Source of the DNA: Candidatus Woesebacteria bacterium
GTDB lineage: Bacteria > Patescibacteriota > Microgenomatia > UBA1400 > UBA12028
Reading direction: 5' to 3'
Assembly (NCBI GenBank): GCA_040006915.1
Contig: JBDTWD010000002.1
Span: 42,613 to 106,612, forward strand
DNA length: 64,000 nt
Shown: positions 19,568-29,363 of the stretch, piece by piece
How the letters are laid out: each line of letters begins with the position of its first letter
Numbering within the stretch: position 1 is the first letter of the stretch
The notes under the pieces: model-generated
The model's input: the letters and a program-made list of their open reading frames with translations, nothing else
What the model was told of the DNA's origin: nothing
The model's database searches: none
Translations under genes and position numbers: made by a program

Positions 19568-20275
19568 CTAGATCTCTACTACTTCTTGATCTCGCACCCG
19601 TCGTATTTGTATCCACTCTTGCCACCATTCTTCGGCAGATTCTTTTTTTAAGATCTCCTGCCAGTCCTTCTTCCAATCAGGAATCAAAGTATCTGGGTCT
19701 GTTTCCCAGGTCGTCAGAAAAGTATTTACTTTCTTCAGAAGCCGTTTTAACCTTCTTTGGTACAAATCTACTCTACCGTCGCGATACTCTTTTTCTTTCT
19801 GCTCTTCTGTTTTTTCTGGACGGGCAACGATTCCCAGTTGTTCATAAAAATAGGCCAACATATCTATCAGGACTGCCTCATTTCTAACTTGGTCTGCCGC
19901 AATCTGCCACTCTGTCTTAAATGGCTTTCCAAAAAATATTTTCGTCGGATCTGAAGGGTTGTTTGGCATTCGAGTGGTATACGGATAGGGGTCCAAACGC
20001 GTTTTGTCCGGATTCCACCCCTGCTGGGAGCGAATATGAACATTTGGATCAAAGTTTCCTTCTTGGGCAATTCTAATATTGAAGTGTTGCTTCTCAGCCA
20101 TCTCCAGATTGATGAGGTGAACAATACCAAGAAAGTCTGTTTCATCAAAAAAACGTAAACGCTCATTTAGATCTGTCAGGTTATATCGATCAGGTGTTTT
20201 CGTCGCAATAGGGTCTGTGGGATCTCCAGACCAAATCTTAACAACCCCATTTCCACGGCTTTCAATGCGTTTCAT
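19568..20275 (-). CDS. Hypothetical protein
   Basis: 235-aa ORF with TATAAT just upstream. Confidence 0.7.
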   Translation of the reverse strand: MKRIESRGNGVVKIWSGDPTDPIATKTPDRYNLTDLNERLRFFDETDFLGIVHLINLEMAEKQHFNIRIAQEGNFDPNVHIRSQQGWNPDKTRLDPYPYTTRMPNNPSDPTKIFFGKPFKTEWQIAADQVRNEAVLIDMLAYFYEQLGIVARPEKTEEQKEKEYRDGRVDLYQRRLKRLLKKVNTFLTTWETDPDTLIPDWKKDWQEILKKESAEEWWQEWIQIRRVRDQEVVEI

Positions 20276-20329
20276 AGTCCCATATTATATCATGAAGGGT
20301 CTTAAGAAGAATTGTCGTGACGGGTATAG

Positions 20330-20887
20330 TCATTTGACACGTCCTTGTGCCAGTTCTCGCCAGCAAGCCTGACAGCACGCACCATACAGCTCTGCTCCCC
20401 CAATAACCAGATACTCATCCATTTTTTTCTTTCTATACGAATGTTTGGCAGGTTTTCCACACCCATCACAGATGGCCTGAAGGGAAAGAACAGAATCTGC
20501 TTTGGCAATCAGCGATAAAGTTGCCCCAAAAGGGTTTTTAGCAAAGTCATAGGAGAGACCGTACCCAAAAACTTCAATGTTTTTCGCACGAACCGCCTCG
20601 ATCTGAGGGGAAAGCGAATCGAAATCAAAAAAATTCAGTTCGTCAATAAAAATAGCTTGGGTATTACCAGCCAAAGAAGAAAGCAAATCGGGACAATCTT
20701 GATCGATAAGGATCGCGGGTATTTGTTCTCCAGTGTGTGATACGACCGCCTGTTTACTGTATCTCACATCAATCTTTGGTTTGAATATTCGGATTCTATC
20801 AGCTGGATAACGTGATGCAGCAGACAGCAACGCTGTAGTTTTCCCGGCAAACATCGGGCCCGTTACGATCATCAATTTACCAATCAT
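20330..20887 (-). CDS. tdk: Thymidine kinase (type II)
   Basis: GPMFAGKTT, FKPKIDVRY, IDE and Zn-binding CDGC...CQAC motifs. Confidence 0.95.
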   Translation of the reverse strand: MIGKLMIVTGPMFAGKTTALLSAASRYPADRIRIFKPKIDVRYSKQAVVSHTGEQIPAILIDQDCPDLLSSLAGNTQAIFIDELNFFDFDSLSPQIEAVRAKNIEVFGYGLSYDFAKNPFGATLSLIAKADSVLSLQAICDGCGKPAKHSYRKKKMDEYLVIGGAELYGACCQACWRELAQGRVK

Positions 20888-21146
20888 AAGATCCTGAATC
20901 TAGAGAGTCATGTACCGAAGTCGCAAGAATATAGCTTGCTGGTAAATCACCTAAATGAATACATTCTTTCTCTTTGTTTTTCGGGATATACACAAACATA
21001 TTATTTATGATAAATACACATCCAAAGTCTAAAGGGCGTGGTTTTTCTTCCTGGGGAAGAGAAACAATATGATCAATAATAGCTTGTTGTTGGTCAACGC
21101 TACACTTCGCAAACGCTATTCGTTGTTTATTGCTTTCTGTGTTCAT
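20877..21146 (-). CDS. Small hypothetical protein between pyrF and tdk
   Basis: The ORF overlaps both neighbours and fills the gap. Confidence 0.55.
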   Translation of the reverse strand: MNTESNKQRIAFAKCSVDQQQAIIDHIVSLPQEEKPRPLDFGCVFIINNMFVYIPKNKEKECIHLGDLPASYILATSVHDSLDSGSYDW

Positions 21147-21930
21147 TGATTTGGTCGCGTAATTTTTTCGCCTCTGCACCAGGATTTTGTGCAAATATCA
21201 CCGCTCGAGAAGAACTGATGATCATCCCCTCTGTTGCAGTATTCATTCCCGCTTTCACAGTTTTTTCTATATCCCCTCCCTGCGCCCCAATGCCAGGGAT
21301 CAAAAATGTCATATCTCCGACAATCTTTCGAATCACCTCTGATTCTTTTGGATACGTGGCACCAACGACCAACATGCAGTTATGGTTTGTGTTCCATTTT
21401 GCGCTAACGTGTTTTGCAACCACTTGCCACAGTGGTTCACCATCAATTCTCAAATCCTGGAATTCGGGAGCACCTGGATTTGAAGTTCGACACAAAATAA
21501 TACTGACTTTATCTTTTCGATCTAAAAATGGCTGGAGAGCTTCTTGTCCTAAATATGGATGCAACGTCACTGCATCAAACCCATACCAGTCAAAAATACT
21601 GGTCACGTACCCATCGTTGGTATTGCCGATATCAGCACGTTTGGCATCCAGAATAGTAAAAATATCTGGATGCTTGTCTTGCAAGTACTCCATAGTTATT
21701 TTTAACTCTTTTACTCCCTGGTCTCCTCTGGCCTCATAGAAAGCTGCATTCGGTTTGTAACTACTCACAAAGGTGTGGGTTTGTTCAATGAGCCATTGAT
21801 TAAAAGCAAATTGGGGATACGCTTCCGACAAAAAACGTTCAGGGATTTTTTTTACATCACTATCCAATCCGACGCAAAGAACTGAGTTCACTTTTCGGAT
21901 GCGATCATTCAATTTTTCTTGCCCATTCAT
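21127..21930 (-). CDS. pyrF: Orotidine-5'-phosphate decarboxylase (type 2)
   Basis: LCVGLD, YKPNAAFYE, DAKRADIGNT, RTSNPG and PGIGAQGG motifs. Confidence 0.97.
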   Translation of the reverse strand: MNGQEKLNDRIRKVNSVLCVGLDSDVKKIPERFLSEAYPQFAFNQWLIEQTHTFVSSYKPNAAFYEARGDQGVKELKITMEYLQDKHPDIFTILDAKRADIGNTNDGYVTSIFDWYGFDAVTLHPYLGQEALQPFLDRKDKVSIILCRTSNPGAPEFQDLRIDGEPLWQVVAKHVSAKWNTNHNCMLVVGATYPKESEVIRKIVGDMTFLIPGIGAQGGDIEKTVKAGMNTATEGMIISSSRAVIFAQNPGAEAKKLRDQINEHRKQ

Positions 21931-21977
21931 AACGGCTACCCTTTCTTTTCTCACTTCTACTATACTACCATCACTCT

Positions 21978-22769
21978 ATGCAAAATTTTCTCTGTGTGGG
22001 ATTTGCTACAGTCGATACCATAAATGGCAGACGTTTCCCTGGTGGAGCTGCTGGCGGAATGAGTATCAATAGCAAAAAACTAGGAATAAATAGCAGTTTG
22101 TTAGCGCCGCTCTCTTCCGACGAGCTGGGATTGTGGTACAGAAAGATACTAGAAGACAGAAATGTATCTTTGTCTTTGTGTGAATTTGACTCTCCGTCAA
22201 TCCCAACCTGTTTGATTACTGATGTCCATGCAGCCGGGTCGACGCGGGTATGGAAGGATAACGGAGCAGTCCAGTATCTAGAGACCATGAAAGTTCCTGA
22301 TTCTAAAGTATTAGAACAATTTGATGCCATACTCTTCTGTACTGCTATTCCCCCTTTGAGCACGTCTGTGAGTCTTCAAACCCCAAAAAGAAATCTGTTT
22401 GTTATTCCCGGAACGTATTGTCTATCGCATCCCGAGAGCATCAATCCTTCTATTTTGGAAAAAACGGAGATCATCTTTGGTAACGAAGAGGAAGCCTCTC
22501 CTATTTTTGCAAGCAAACCATTTCAGTATGGAGTACAACTTATTGTCATCACCGCCGGAAAAGATGGAGGCATCGTTTACAGCGCTTCTGGCAAAGAAAC
22601 TCCTTTTTTAGCGGCTACCAGCGAAGCTATCGATACAACAGGTGCAGGCGACTGTTTTGCCTTAGGATTTATCTCCTCCTGGACAAAATCCCATAGTATA
22701 GGAAAATCTATCGAAGCTGGAACCACTCTTGCCTCCCAAGTCATTCAAGTAGAGGGTGTTCTGCTGTAA
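21978..22769 (+). CDS. PfkB-family carbohydrate/nucleoside kinase
   Basis: PGGAAG, GNEEEA and DTTGAGDCF motifs. Confidence 0.9.
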   Translation: MQNFLCVGFATVDTINGRRFPGGAAGGMSINSKKLGINSSLLAPLSSDELGLWYRKILEDRNVSLSLCEFDSPSIPTCLITDVHAAGSTRVWKDNGAVQYLETMKVPDSKVLEQFDAILFCTAIPPLSTSVSLQTPKRNLFVIPGTYCLSHPESINPSILEKTEIIFGNEEEASPIFASKPFQYGVQLIVITAGKDGGIVYSASGKETPFLAATSEAIDTTGAGDCFALGFISSWTKSHSIGKSIEAGTTLASQVIQVEGVLL

Positions 22770-22772
22770 GTT

Positions 22773-23513
22773 ATGTCGACCCGTTCTGAAACACCCACCT
22801 TCATTTTTGATATCGATCAAACCCTAGCTGGTGGCTTGATGCTTCTCCATCTTCAACACTACAACCGCAGTTTGAGTCTTGAGATGAGTGAAGCAGAAAT
22901 TCTAGAAGCATCACAGACCTACGCCAAAACGTTTGATGTTCCCCAAATCATCGACTACCGAAAAGAAAATGAAGAGAAATTCCAGAACGAGCGTGCATAC
23001 TTGCGCACCTCACCAGACTTGCATAGAGCCTTAGCTCCAATTGACGGAGCCAAAGCCGGAATAGATATGCTTTCCGCATATGCAAGCGATATTCGTTACT
23101 ACAGTGTTCGTCCACAAGAAGTGACGGAGGCTACCACCGATTGGCTACATGTGCATGCATTCATCAGCGCTGCAGAACTTGTTATTTGCGTTTCTCCTAA
23201 AGATAAACTTGAACGGGTGGTAGAGATCGCTACAAAAAAAGGAACCCAAGTCGTTTTAATTGATGACAGTTTGAAGGATCTTTTGAATGCTGCTGTAGAA
23301 CTCGCTGCCGAAGCTTCACCACTCGTCAATGACTTCTCACAGCTTACGCTCGTCGGTTTTGGCTACGATGATCCGGCTGTGCAAGAACTGCTTGCAAACC
23401 GAGGAGAAAGCATTGGAATCGAAGTGTGCGCACTCCCTTCCTGGGAGACTGGAGCCGTCATGGGCTTAATTGCAAAGCTGCAATTCGTCCCCATACCGGC
23501 TAAACGCAGCTAA
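22773..23513 (+). CDS. HAD-family 5'(3')-nucleotidase-like protein
   Basis: FDIDQTLA motif I, YSVRP, K and LIDDS motif IV. Confidence 0.75.
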   Translation: MSTRSETPTFIFDIDQTLAGGLMLLHLQHYNRSLSLEMSEAEILEASQTYAKTFDVPQIIDYRKENEEKFQNERAYLRTSPDLHRALAPIDGAKAGIDMLSAYASDIRYYSVRPQEVTEATTDWLHVHAFISAAELVICVSPKDKLERVVEIATKKGTQVVLIDDSLKDLLNAAVELAAEASPLVNDFSQLTLVGFGYDDPAVQELLANRGESIGIEVCALPSWETGAVMGLIAKLQFVPIPAKRS

Positions 23514-23516
23514 TCG

Positions 23517-24158
23517 TTAGAATCCGTGTTTGGCAGCCCACCCGTGCGGATCCTCAAGCCATTCTTTGATTTTTGCGACTTCATCTTTCGTCACCAGTGA
23601 TCGTTTTAGGGCTTGTTCCAAAATGATGGGGAAAGTAGTTAAAGTCAAAAGTCGAACACCCTCGGTAGCAAACGCATCTTCAGCTTCTTTCCAACCATAG
23701 CTGGTGATAGCAAGACACGTATCGACAATCGCGCCAGCTTCTTTGAGTTCATGAACTCCGTGCAAACTTGAGCCAGCAGTCGTAATGTGATCTTCTAAAA
23801 CAGCGGCATGTAATCCTTTTACACTTCCACCTTCAATCTTCTTCTTGGTTCCATGATCTTTTGCAGCTTTTCTAATAATGACTGAAGGTATGCGCATCTC
23901 ATACCCTACAACAGAGCTATGTGGAATACCAGCAGTTTCAATTCCGGCCAAGACATCGATAATGACTTGTTTTTGTGCTATCAAATCTTGCAATCCTTCT
24001 ATCACAATTTTCCAAGCATCCACATGGAATGGAAGTTTCCGATTATCAACATATACTGGAGAAATAATTCCGGATTTAAAAGTAAGTGGCTTGTCTAAAG
24101 CAAATCCGACAGCGCTGATATCAAGTAACGCGTTTGCAACTTTTTCTTGGGTATTCAT
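23517..24158 (-). CDS. pyrE: Orotate phosphoribosyltransferase
   Basis: FKSGIISPVYVDNR, RKAAKDHG and LEDHITTAGS motifs. Confidence 0.96.
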   Translation of the reverse strand: MNTQEKVANALLDISAVGFALDKPLTFKSGIISPVYVDNRKLPFHVDAWKIVIEGLQDLIAQKQVIIDVLAGIETAGIPHSSVVGYEMRIPSVIIRKAAKDHGTKKKIEGGSVKGLHAAVLEDHITTAGSSLHGVHELKEAGAIVDTCLAITSYGWKEAEDAFATEGVRLLTLTTFPIILEQALKRSLVTKDEVAKIKEWLEDPHGWAAKHGF

Positions 24159-24179
24159 ACCTCATCCTTTCCAATGTAA

Positions 24180-24929
24180 TTATAAAGGTCTCGTTTGCAT
24201 TTCTTCTTCTATAGTACACAATGTTTCCTGTACAGACTGAAACGTCCGTTTTTGCTGTAATCCTACAGGATATAAAAATGACATATAGCGCTCTTGTATA
24301 TGAGCCTGTGTACAGTTCTTTAAAAAGAAAGCATACATCCGCACCCAGAAGCTGCTGATAAACTCAGACAGTTCTTGGCTGGTGAAAATAAGAGTTGTAT
24401 CATCTTGTAAAAGTTGATCTGGAGTAAAGGAAAGATAATCTGAAAGAGTAGTTCTCTTGGTATCTACACTCACGTTGTACATATCTTCCAAATCAACTTG
24501 ATATAAACGATTATCTTTACGAGAAAGCATGGCATTCGTCATTCTGCGGTCTTCTAGAAGAATGCCAAACCGCTCATACAAATACCGCATCTGGTCGAAA
24601 CTCTGTTGCGTAAGTGCGAGAAACTCTAGTGGAGAAACCATTCCCTTTTCAACAAGCTCCGAAATTGTATCTCCTTGAATTTTTTCTAGGGTGACTTCTC
24701 CTTTGGTTTTCGTAGCATGAAATAATTCGTCATCGGGAATGATAAGTTGAGGAACAAAGTCACACAGAAGTCCTAAAATAATATGATTCTTGACTCGTTG
24801 ATATGGTGGATGTCCCGCATAGTGTTCATGAAGAGAATATGAATTGGGAGGTTGCTTCAACTTGGCTGGATCGGCCTTAAAATGATAAATTGAATCTTCG
24901 TTCCATCGTGAATTTGTCCAGATTTCCAT
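24180..24929 (-). CDS. Protein-kinase-like fold protein
   Basis: LEKIQG, LEDRRMTN (catalytic-loop DxxxxN) and VDLE (DFG-like). Confidence 0.55.
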   Translation of the reverse strand: MEIWTNSRWNEDSIYHFKADPAKLKQPPNSYSLHEHYAGHPPYQRVKNHIILGLLCDFVPQLIIPDDELFHATKTKGEVTLEKIQGDTISELVEKGMVSPLEFLALTQQSFDQMRYLYERFGILLEDRRMTNAMLSRKDNRLYQVDLEDMYNVSVDTKRTTLSDYLSFTPDQLLQDDTTLIFTSQELSEFISSFWVRMYAFFLKNCTQAHIQERYMSFLYPVGLQQKRTFQSVQETLCTIEEEMQTRPL

Positions 24930-24937
24930 AATAATAA

Positions 24938-25972
24938 TTAACTATTTTTCCAATGCATAGCTAAATGTGGATTGGCAAACACTCCCACTGCTGACTGCAC
25001 GGCATCCACTCCAAGTGCTAGATACTGATCGATATGCTCGGGCTTAGTAACTCCGCCAATTCCAATGATGACAAAATTTTCCATTTCCAGTTCCTGGGAA
25101 AATTTGACCGCATTTTTCGCCTGTTTCAAAGATAAACCACGGACTGCACTTCCTGATACTCCTGCAGTTGGCCGATTGGGAAAAGCTTCTTTCCCATCTT
25201 TGGTAACTATACTCATTGAGTATGTATTGGTCGAAGAGATTCCAGAGATGATTCCTTTTGCTTGTTTTAGAAAAGTCTTTAACGCTTGCTGATTTTGATA
25301 ATATCCAACTTTGACTAACAACTGTTTGTCTCCGATAATATTTTTTACCTCTCCACATAGCCTGAGTGAGATCTCGATATCTTCATAGATCAATCCTTGT
25401 CCCCCATCGGTATTGGGACAAGCTAAATTCAGTTCAAAAATATGAGCAGTGGTCTCATTGGCAAGCAGCGCTAATCGTTTGGCATCCTCTATTAGGCTCT
25501 CACCTGGTTGTGGAGTACACATCAGTGACAGGATCAGTAGTTTCCCTTCAGGTAATTTAGCAACACAAGTTCCCACATCTTCTTGCCAATATTCTGGTTT
25601 AACGGATTGAATCCCAAAACTATTGGCCATCGTAGTCGTTTCAGCCGTATCAAAAGGAGTAAAACTGGCTTGCGCTTTGGGTAGAACGCTTGGATCAGAA
25701 AACTCTCCCTTTATATCAACATACTGCCAATGAGGGAACGCATTCCCACGCCACTCCAATGAACGTACACTTTTATAGGTAAAAATATCGTATCCAAGCG
25801 TACTCAAAAAAAGGATAAATCGAGAATTAACAGTGAGCGGACAGGCTGCAACGCCGAAAGGCGAATGAATGTTAAAACCTAAAAAAGTACGATGAAGATT
25901 AGCTTTGTCGGTATTCCAAAATGGACCGTAGGCAATGTTTTCCTCAAACGTTTTCGTAATGTCATACAACAT
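24938..25972 (-). CDS. pyrD: Dihydroorotate dehydrogenase, soluble divergent class-1-like
   Basis: TYKSV, NSFG, ELNLACPN, VKVG, STNT, GVSG and IGIGGV motifs; lies within the pyr operon. Confidence 0.85.
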   Translation of the reverse strand: MLYDITKTFEENIAYGPFWNTDKANLHRTFLGFNIHSPFGVAACPLTVNSRFILFLSTLGYDIFTYKSVRSLEWRGNAFPHWQYVDIKGEFSDPSVLPKAQASFTPFDTAETTTMANSFGIQSVKPEYWQEDVGTCVAKLPEGKLLILSLMCTPQPGESLIEDAKRLALLANETTAHIFELNLACPNTDGGQGLIYEDIEISLRLCGEVKNIIGDKQLLVKVGYYQNQQALKTFLKQAKGIISGISSTNTYSMSIVTKDGKEAFPNRPTAGVSGSAVRGLSLKQAKNAVKFSQELEMENFVIIGIGGVTKPEHIDQYLALGVDAVQSAVGVFANPHLAMHWKNS

Positions 25973-25997
25973 AGGCCTTATTTCTGTTTAAGACGCA

Positions 25998-27023
25998 TCA
26001 ACTGTCGATGACTACTTTTCCCTTATAAACGACTTTTTGTAAAGAGCCAGGCAATTTCCATCCATCAAATGGTGACCAGCCGCACTTGCTCTCATATCCC
26101 TTCTCCCCCACTCTCCACGTCTTTGACATATCTACTTCAATATACGTTTTTGGTTGAGTTGGGATCTTAAAAATCTTCTTGGGATTGGTATAGAGGATAG
26201 TTTTCACTTTCGAGAGTGGAATACGTTTTTCTTGTACTCCTTTGAGAATCAATCCTAAGGCAGTCTCTAAACCTGGTACCCCAAATGGTGGTTTTTCTGA
26301 TTTCTTTTCAGAAAGCGTATGTGGAGCATGATCTGTTTCTACAATATCGATTGTCCCATCACGCAACCCCTGCCAAAGTGCCGCTTGATCTTGAGACGTG
26401 CCCAAGGGGGGTTTCATCATCGCTAAACTTCCTTTGGTTTTTACATCATCAATAGTCATCCATAAATGATGCGGACACACTCCTGCAGTGATTTTTTGTT
26501 TCATTTTTTTTGCTCGTCTGACCAATTCCACTTCTATCGCTTGACTGATATGACAGACATGTAAGCGTCTTCCATAGACATGGGCAAGACCTATAGCAGC
26601 AGCTAGTTCTATCCCTTCTGCATGCACCAAAATCGGCTTTGAACTTTTCCAAGCCTCAAACACCTTCTCCAATAGTTCTAGGTCCTCTAAGAGCATTTCT
26701 CCGGTCGTGTGATTGCAGTACAGCTTTAGGCCAAACACATTAGGATTGTTCCATACTTTGGAAAATTGATCGGTGTTTTTGCCGTTGGTACCAAAATGAA
26801 ATCCAATATCCATTTTAGCAATTTTTTTACTTCGTTTGATTTTATCCTCGAGCGCCTGTTTACTAATTGTTGGCGTCGGATTGTTTGGCATGTCAATAAT
26901 AAAAGTAAATCCACCTGCTAGAGCCGCCATACTCCCACTTTCAAAATCCTCTTTATGGGTGGCTCCTGGATCGCGTAAATGCACGTGAACATCAATTAAG
27001 CCGGGAAGACGAAACTTTTTCAT
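25998..27023 (-). CDS. pyrC: Dihydroorotase (CAD-like)
   Basis: DVHVHLRDPG, DMPNN.P, VHAE, HVCH and TDHAPH motifs. Confidence 0.95.
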   Translation of the reverse strand: MKKFRLPGLIDVHVHLRDPGATHKEDFESGSMAALAGGFTFIIDMPNNPTPTISKQALEDKIKRSKKIAKMDIGFHFGTNGKNTDQFSKVWNNPNVFGLKLYCNHTTGEMLLEDLELLEKVFEAWKSSKPILVHAEGIELAAAIGLAHVYGRRLHVCHISQAIEVELVRRAKKMKQKITAGVCPHHLWMTIDDVKTKGSLAMMKPPLGTSQDQAALWQGLRDGTIDIVETDHAPHTLSEKKSEKPPFGVPGLETALGLILKGVQEKRIPLSKVKTILYTNPKKIFKIPTQPKTYIEVDMSKTWRVGEKGYESKCGWSPFDGWKLPGSLQKVVYKGKVVIDS

Positions 27024-27040
27024 AGAATCTCTTTCTGTAG

Positions 27041-27979
27041 TTAGATATCTTTTTTTAATACCAAAGCCAACAACGCCATACGCACGTACATGCCGTTTTT
27101 CATTTGTTCACTAATATACAAGGCGCGTTTGTCTGTATCAACTTCTGGCGAAATTTCCCCCACTCTGGGAAGGGGATGCATGATAATCGACTTCTTTTTC
27201 AAATCTCGAAGTAAAGTCGGGGTGATGACGTAATGATGTTTTAATTTCTCATACGTATCTAAATCCGAAAACCGTTCTTTTTGAACTCGGGTTACATACA
27301 ACACATCCGTGGTTGGCAATACTTCTTCGAGTCTATCGCCTTCAAAAAGAGAGACTCCTTTTTTTTGAATCATTTTTTTTAAACTGTCAGGCAGCCTTAA
27401 AATGTCAGGGGAAATAAAGTTGTAATGAATCTTTGGATACAGTGACAGTAATTTGGAAAGCGAATGAATTGTTCGTCCATTGAGCAAATCTCCAACCATG
27501 GTGACATGAAGACCATCAATTTTGGAGAAATTGTTTTGAATGGTAAAAAAATCTAACAGTGCTTGAGTTGGATGCTCTCCCACTCCATCTCCGGCATTGA
27601 TCAATGGTTTGACCATAGAATCAGCCGCAATTTTTGCTGATCCTACTTCTGGATGACGCAAGACCACAACATCAGAATAACTTTCAAAGGTTCGCACCGT
27701 GTCTGCTAACGTCTCGCCTTTCGTCACTGATGAAAACTGTACGCCTTGAATGGGTATGATTCCTCCCCCTAGTCTTTGCATGGCACTGATAAATGAGGCA
27801 TAGGTTCGACTCGACGGCTCGTAAAACAGCGCAGTCATGAGCTTCCCTTTTAAGAGATCGCTACTCCCTTTCTTCTCTACAATCTTCTGCATTTTCCTCG
27901 CTATCTTCATTACCAAATCAACTGTTTTCTTATCAAATTGTTCTGCCGTTAGAATATCCTCACCAAAAAGAGCATTCAT
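27041..27979 (-). CDS. pyrB: Aspartate carbamoyltransferase catalytic subunit
   Basis: FYEPSSRT, HPTQALLD, RVQKER and MHPLPR motifs. Confidence 0.98.
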   Translation of the reverse strand: MNALFGEDILTAEQFDKKTVDLVMKIARKMQKIVEKKGSSDLLKGKLMTALFYEPSSRTYASFISAMQRLGGGIIPIQGVQFSSVTKGETLADTVRTFESYSDVVVLRHPEVGSAKIAADSMVKPLINAGDGVGEHPTQALLDFFTIQNNFSKIDGLHVTMVGDLLNGRTIHSLSKLLSLYPKIHYNFISPDILRLPDSLKKMIQKKGVSLFEGDRLEEVLPTTDVLYVTRVQKERFSDLDTYEKLKHHYVITPTLLRDLKKKSIIMHPLPRVGEISPEVDTDKRALYISEQMKNGMYVRMALLALVLKKDI

Positions 27980-28215
27980 AATGTAATCGGATAATACCCG
28001 GTTAAGGTTTTCAGACAGAGTTCTTTGGTTTGTTTATAAATGAAAACATTCTCGCGAAAGAAGGGCGGTGTTCCTCGGCAAAATCGAATGTCATGCGTAC
28101 AGAGTACCTGCCACATCGCTTCAGATATTGGTTCCCAAGGACTGCGAACCTCAGTTCTCTGCACAACCTTTATTTCAGGTTCATCATCATTGCGTCGCCA
28201 ATCATGTTCAATCAT
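27976..28215 (-). CDS. Small hypothetical protein between upp and pyrB
   Basis: Starts 4 nt after the upp stop; its stop overlaps the pyrB ATG. Confidence 0.55.
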   Translation of the reverse strand: MIEHDWRRNDDEPEIKVVQRTEVRSPWEPISEAMWQVLCTHDIRFCRGTPPFFRENVFIYKQTKELCLKTLTGYYPITL

Positions 28216-28219
28216 AGAA

Positions 28220-28858
28220 TTACTCCGTTCCAAAATATCGGTCTCCATAATCTCCAAGACCAGGGACTATATATTTTTTGTCATTTAGGTGAGAATCGAG
28301 GGCTGCAAGAAAGATCTTAATCTCCGGAAATTCACTATGAATAGCCTGTACTCCTTCGGGTGCTCCAATCACACAAACAACTCGGATCTCTTTGGGATTT
28401 TCGGTACTCAAGCGTCGAAGCAAATGGAGGATTGACCCACCAGTCGCAAGCATTGGGTCGGTAACAATCACGACACTGTGATCATCAATCTCTGGAAGTT
28501 TCCAATAATATTCACTCGCAATTGCGGTTTTTTCATCACGTGCCATACCAACAAATCCGATTGTAGACTTAGGCAATAACTTCATCGCTCCAGGCAGCAT
28601 CGCCAGTCCAGAGCGTAATACCGGAATTATGACTACTTCATCAACTAGTTTCTTTGTGGTCATTTTTTCTAATGGAGTTTCAATTTCAACATCCTTCATC
28701 GCCAAATTTTGGATTGCACTAATAAATAGTTGTTCACAGATCTTATCCGAATGATGACGAAACTTTTGAATCTCTGTGCGTTTATCACGCAAGTGACTCA
28801 AAGAGTCTGTTATCAGAGGGTTGTTATCAACAATGTAGAGGTTCTCCATGTTATTCAT
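28220..28858 (-). CDS. upp: Uracil phosphoribosyltransferase
   Basis: PVLRSGL, ARDE.T, DPMLATGGS and YIVPGLGDYGDRYFGT motifs. Confidence 0.97.
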   Translation of the reverse strand: MNNMENLYIVDNNPLITDSLSHLRDKRTEIQKFRHHSDKICEQLFISAIQNLAMKDVEIETPLEKMTTKKLVDEVVIIPVLRSGLAMLPGAMKLLPKSTIGFVGMARDEKTAIASEYYWKLPEIDDHSVVIVTDPMLATGGSILHLLRRLSTENPKEIRVVCVIGAPEGVQAIHSEFPEIKIFLAALDSHLNDKKYIVPGLGDYGDRYFGTE

Positions 28859-29024
28859 AGTGAGTATGGTTTATAGATAAAAATGGGCAAAAAAAATCCC
28901 CGATGTGGGGAGTAACAAGAAAAAAACCAAGAATTTGGTTTTTGTATTTGAGGATAATAGTCAAAAAAAAACTAGTGGTAGGCACTAGAATAGTACTATA
29001 CAGATAGGTATATGTGAGACGCAA
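28851..29024 (-). promoter_or_regulatory. Promoter and U-rich attenuator-like leader of the upp-pyrBCD(E) operon
   Basis: TTGCGT-N18-TATAGT, then three hairpin+T-tract units. A GTG-initiated 44-codon ORF runs 28985..28851. Confidence 0.6.
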
Positions 29025-29048
29025 GCAGCAATTTGTTTCGTATCTGTG

Positions 29049-29077
29049 AAAAGGGACAGATATTTATCTCTGTCCCT
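29049..29077 (-). terminator. Intrinsic terminator after the tmk transcription unit
   Basis: AGGGACAGA-gataaata-TCTGTCCCT-TTT on the minus strand. Confidence 0.6.
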
Positions 29078-29088
29078 CCTCTTCTAGC

Positions 29089-29322
29089 CTATGTCGGATA
29101 TACTTTGTAGATTACCGTCATGGTTTCGAGAATTCGTCGGTGATCTCCAGCACTTGTAGTATGTACGGAAAGAACATGAACGCCAAAACCTTTTTGACTG
29201 AGTGACTGCACCCACTTTTCATATTTGTCACTTAGTGGAGGTTCTGAGTTCTCAACGTATCCTGAACCAGGATACGTTGTCGAACTGAACACTGCCAACA
29301 GATTCACATTTAGTTGAGCCAT
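29089..29322 (-). CDS. Small hypothetical protein
   Basis: ATG-initiated ORF followed by a terminator. Confidence 0.5.
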   Translation of the reverse strand: MAQLNVNLLAVFSSTTYPGSGYVENSEPPLSDKYEKWVQSLSQKGFGVHVLSVHTTSAGDHRRILETMTVIYKVYPT

Positions 29323-29363
29323 GGAGACTTATTACACAAGAAATTGAAGTAAAACGTCTATTT

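Noticed and set aside
21146-21739. 197-aa antisense ORF over pyrF, and similar shadow ORFs over pheT, folD, guaA, thyA and mrdA
   Set aside because: They lie opposite well-supported genes, show no motifs, and are explained by codon bias.
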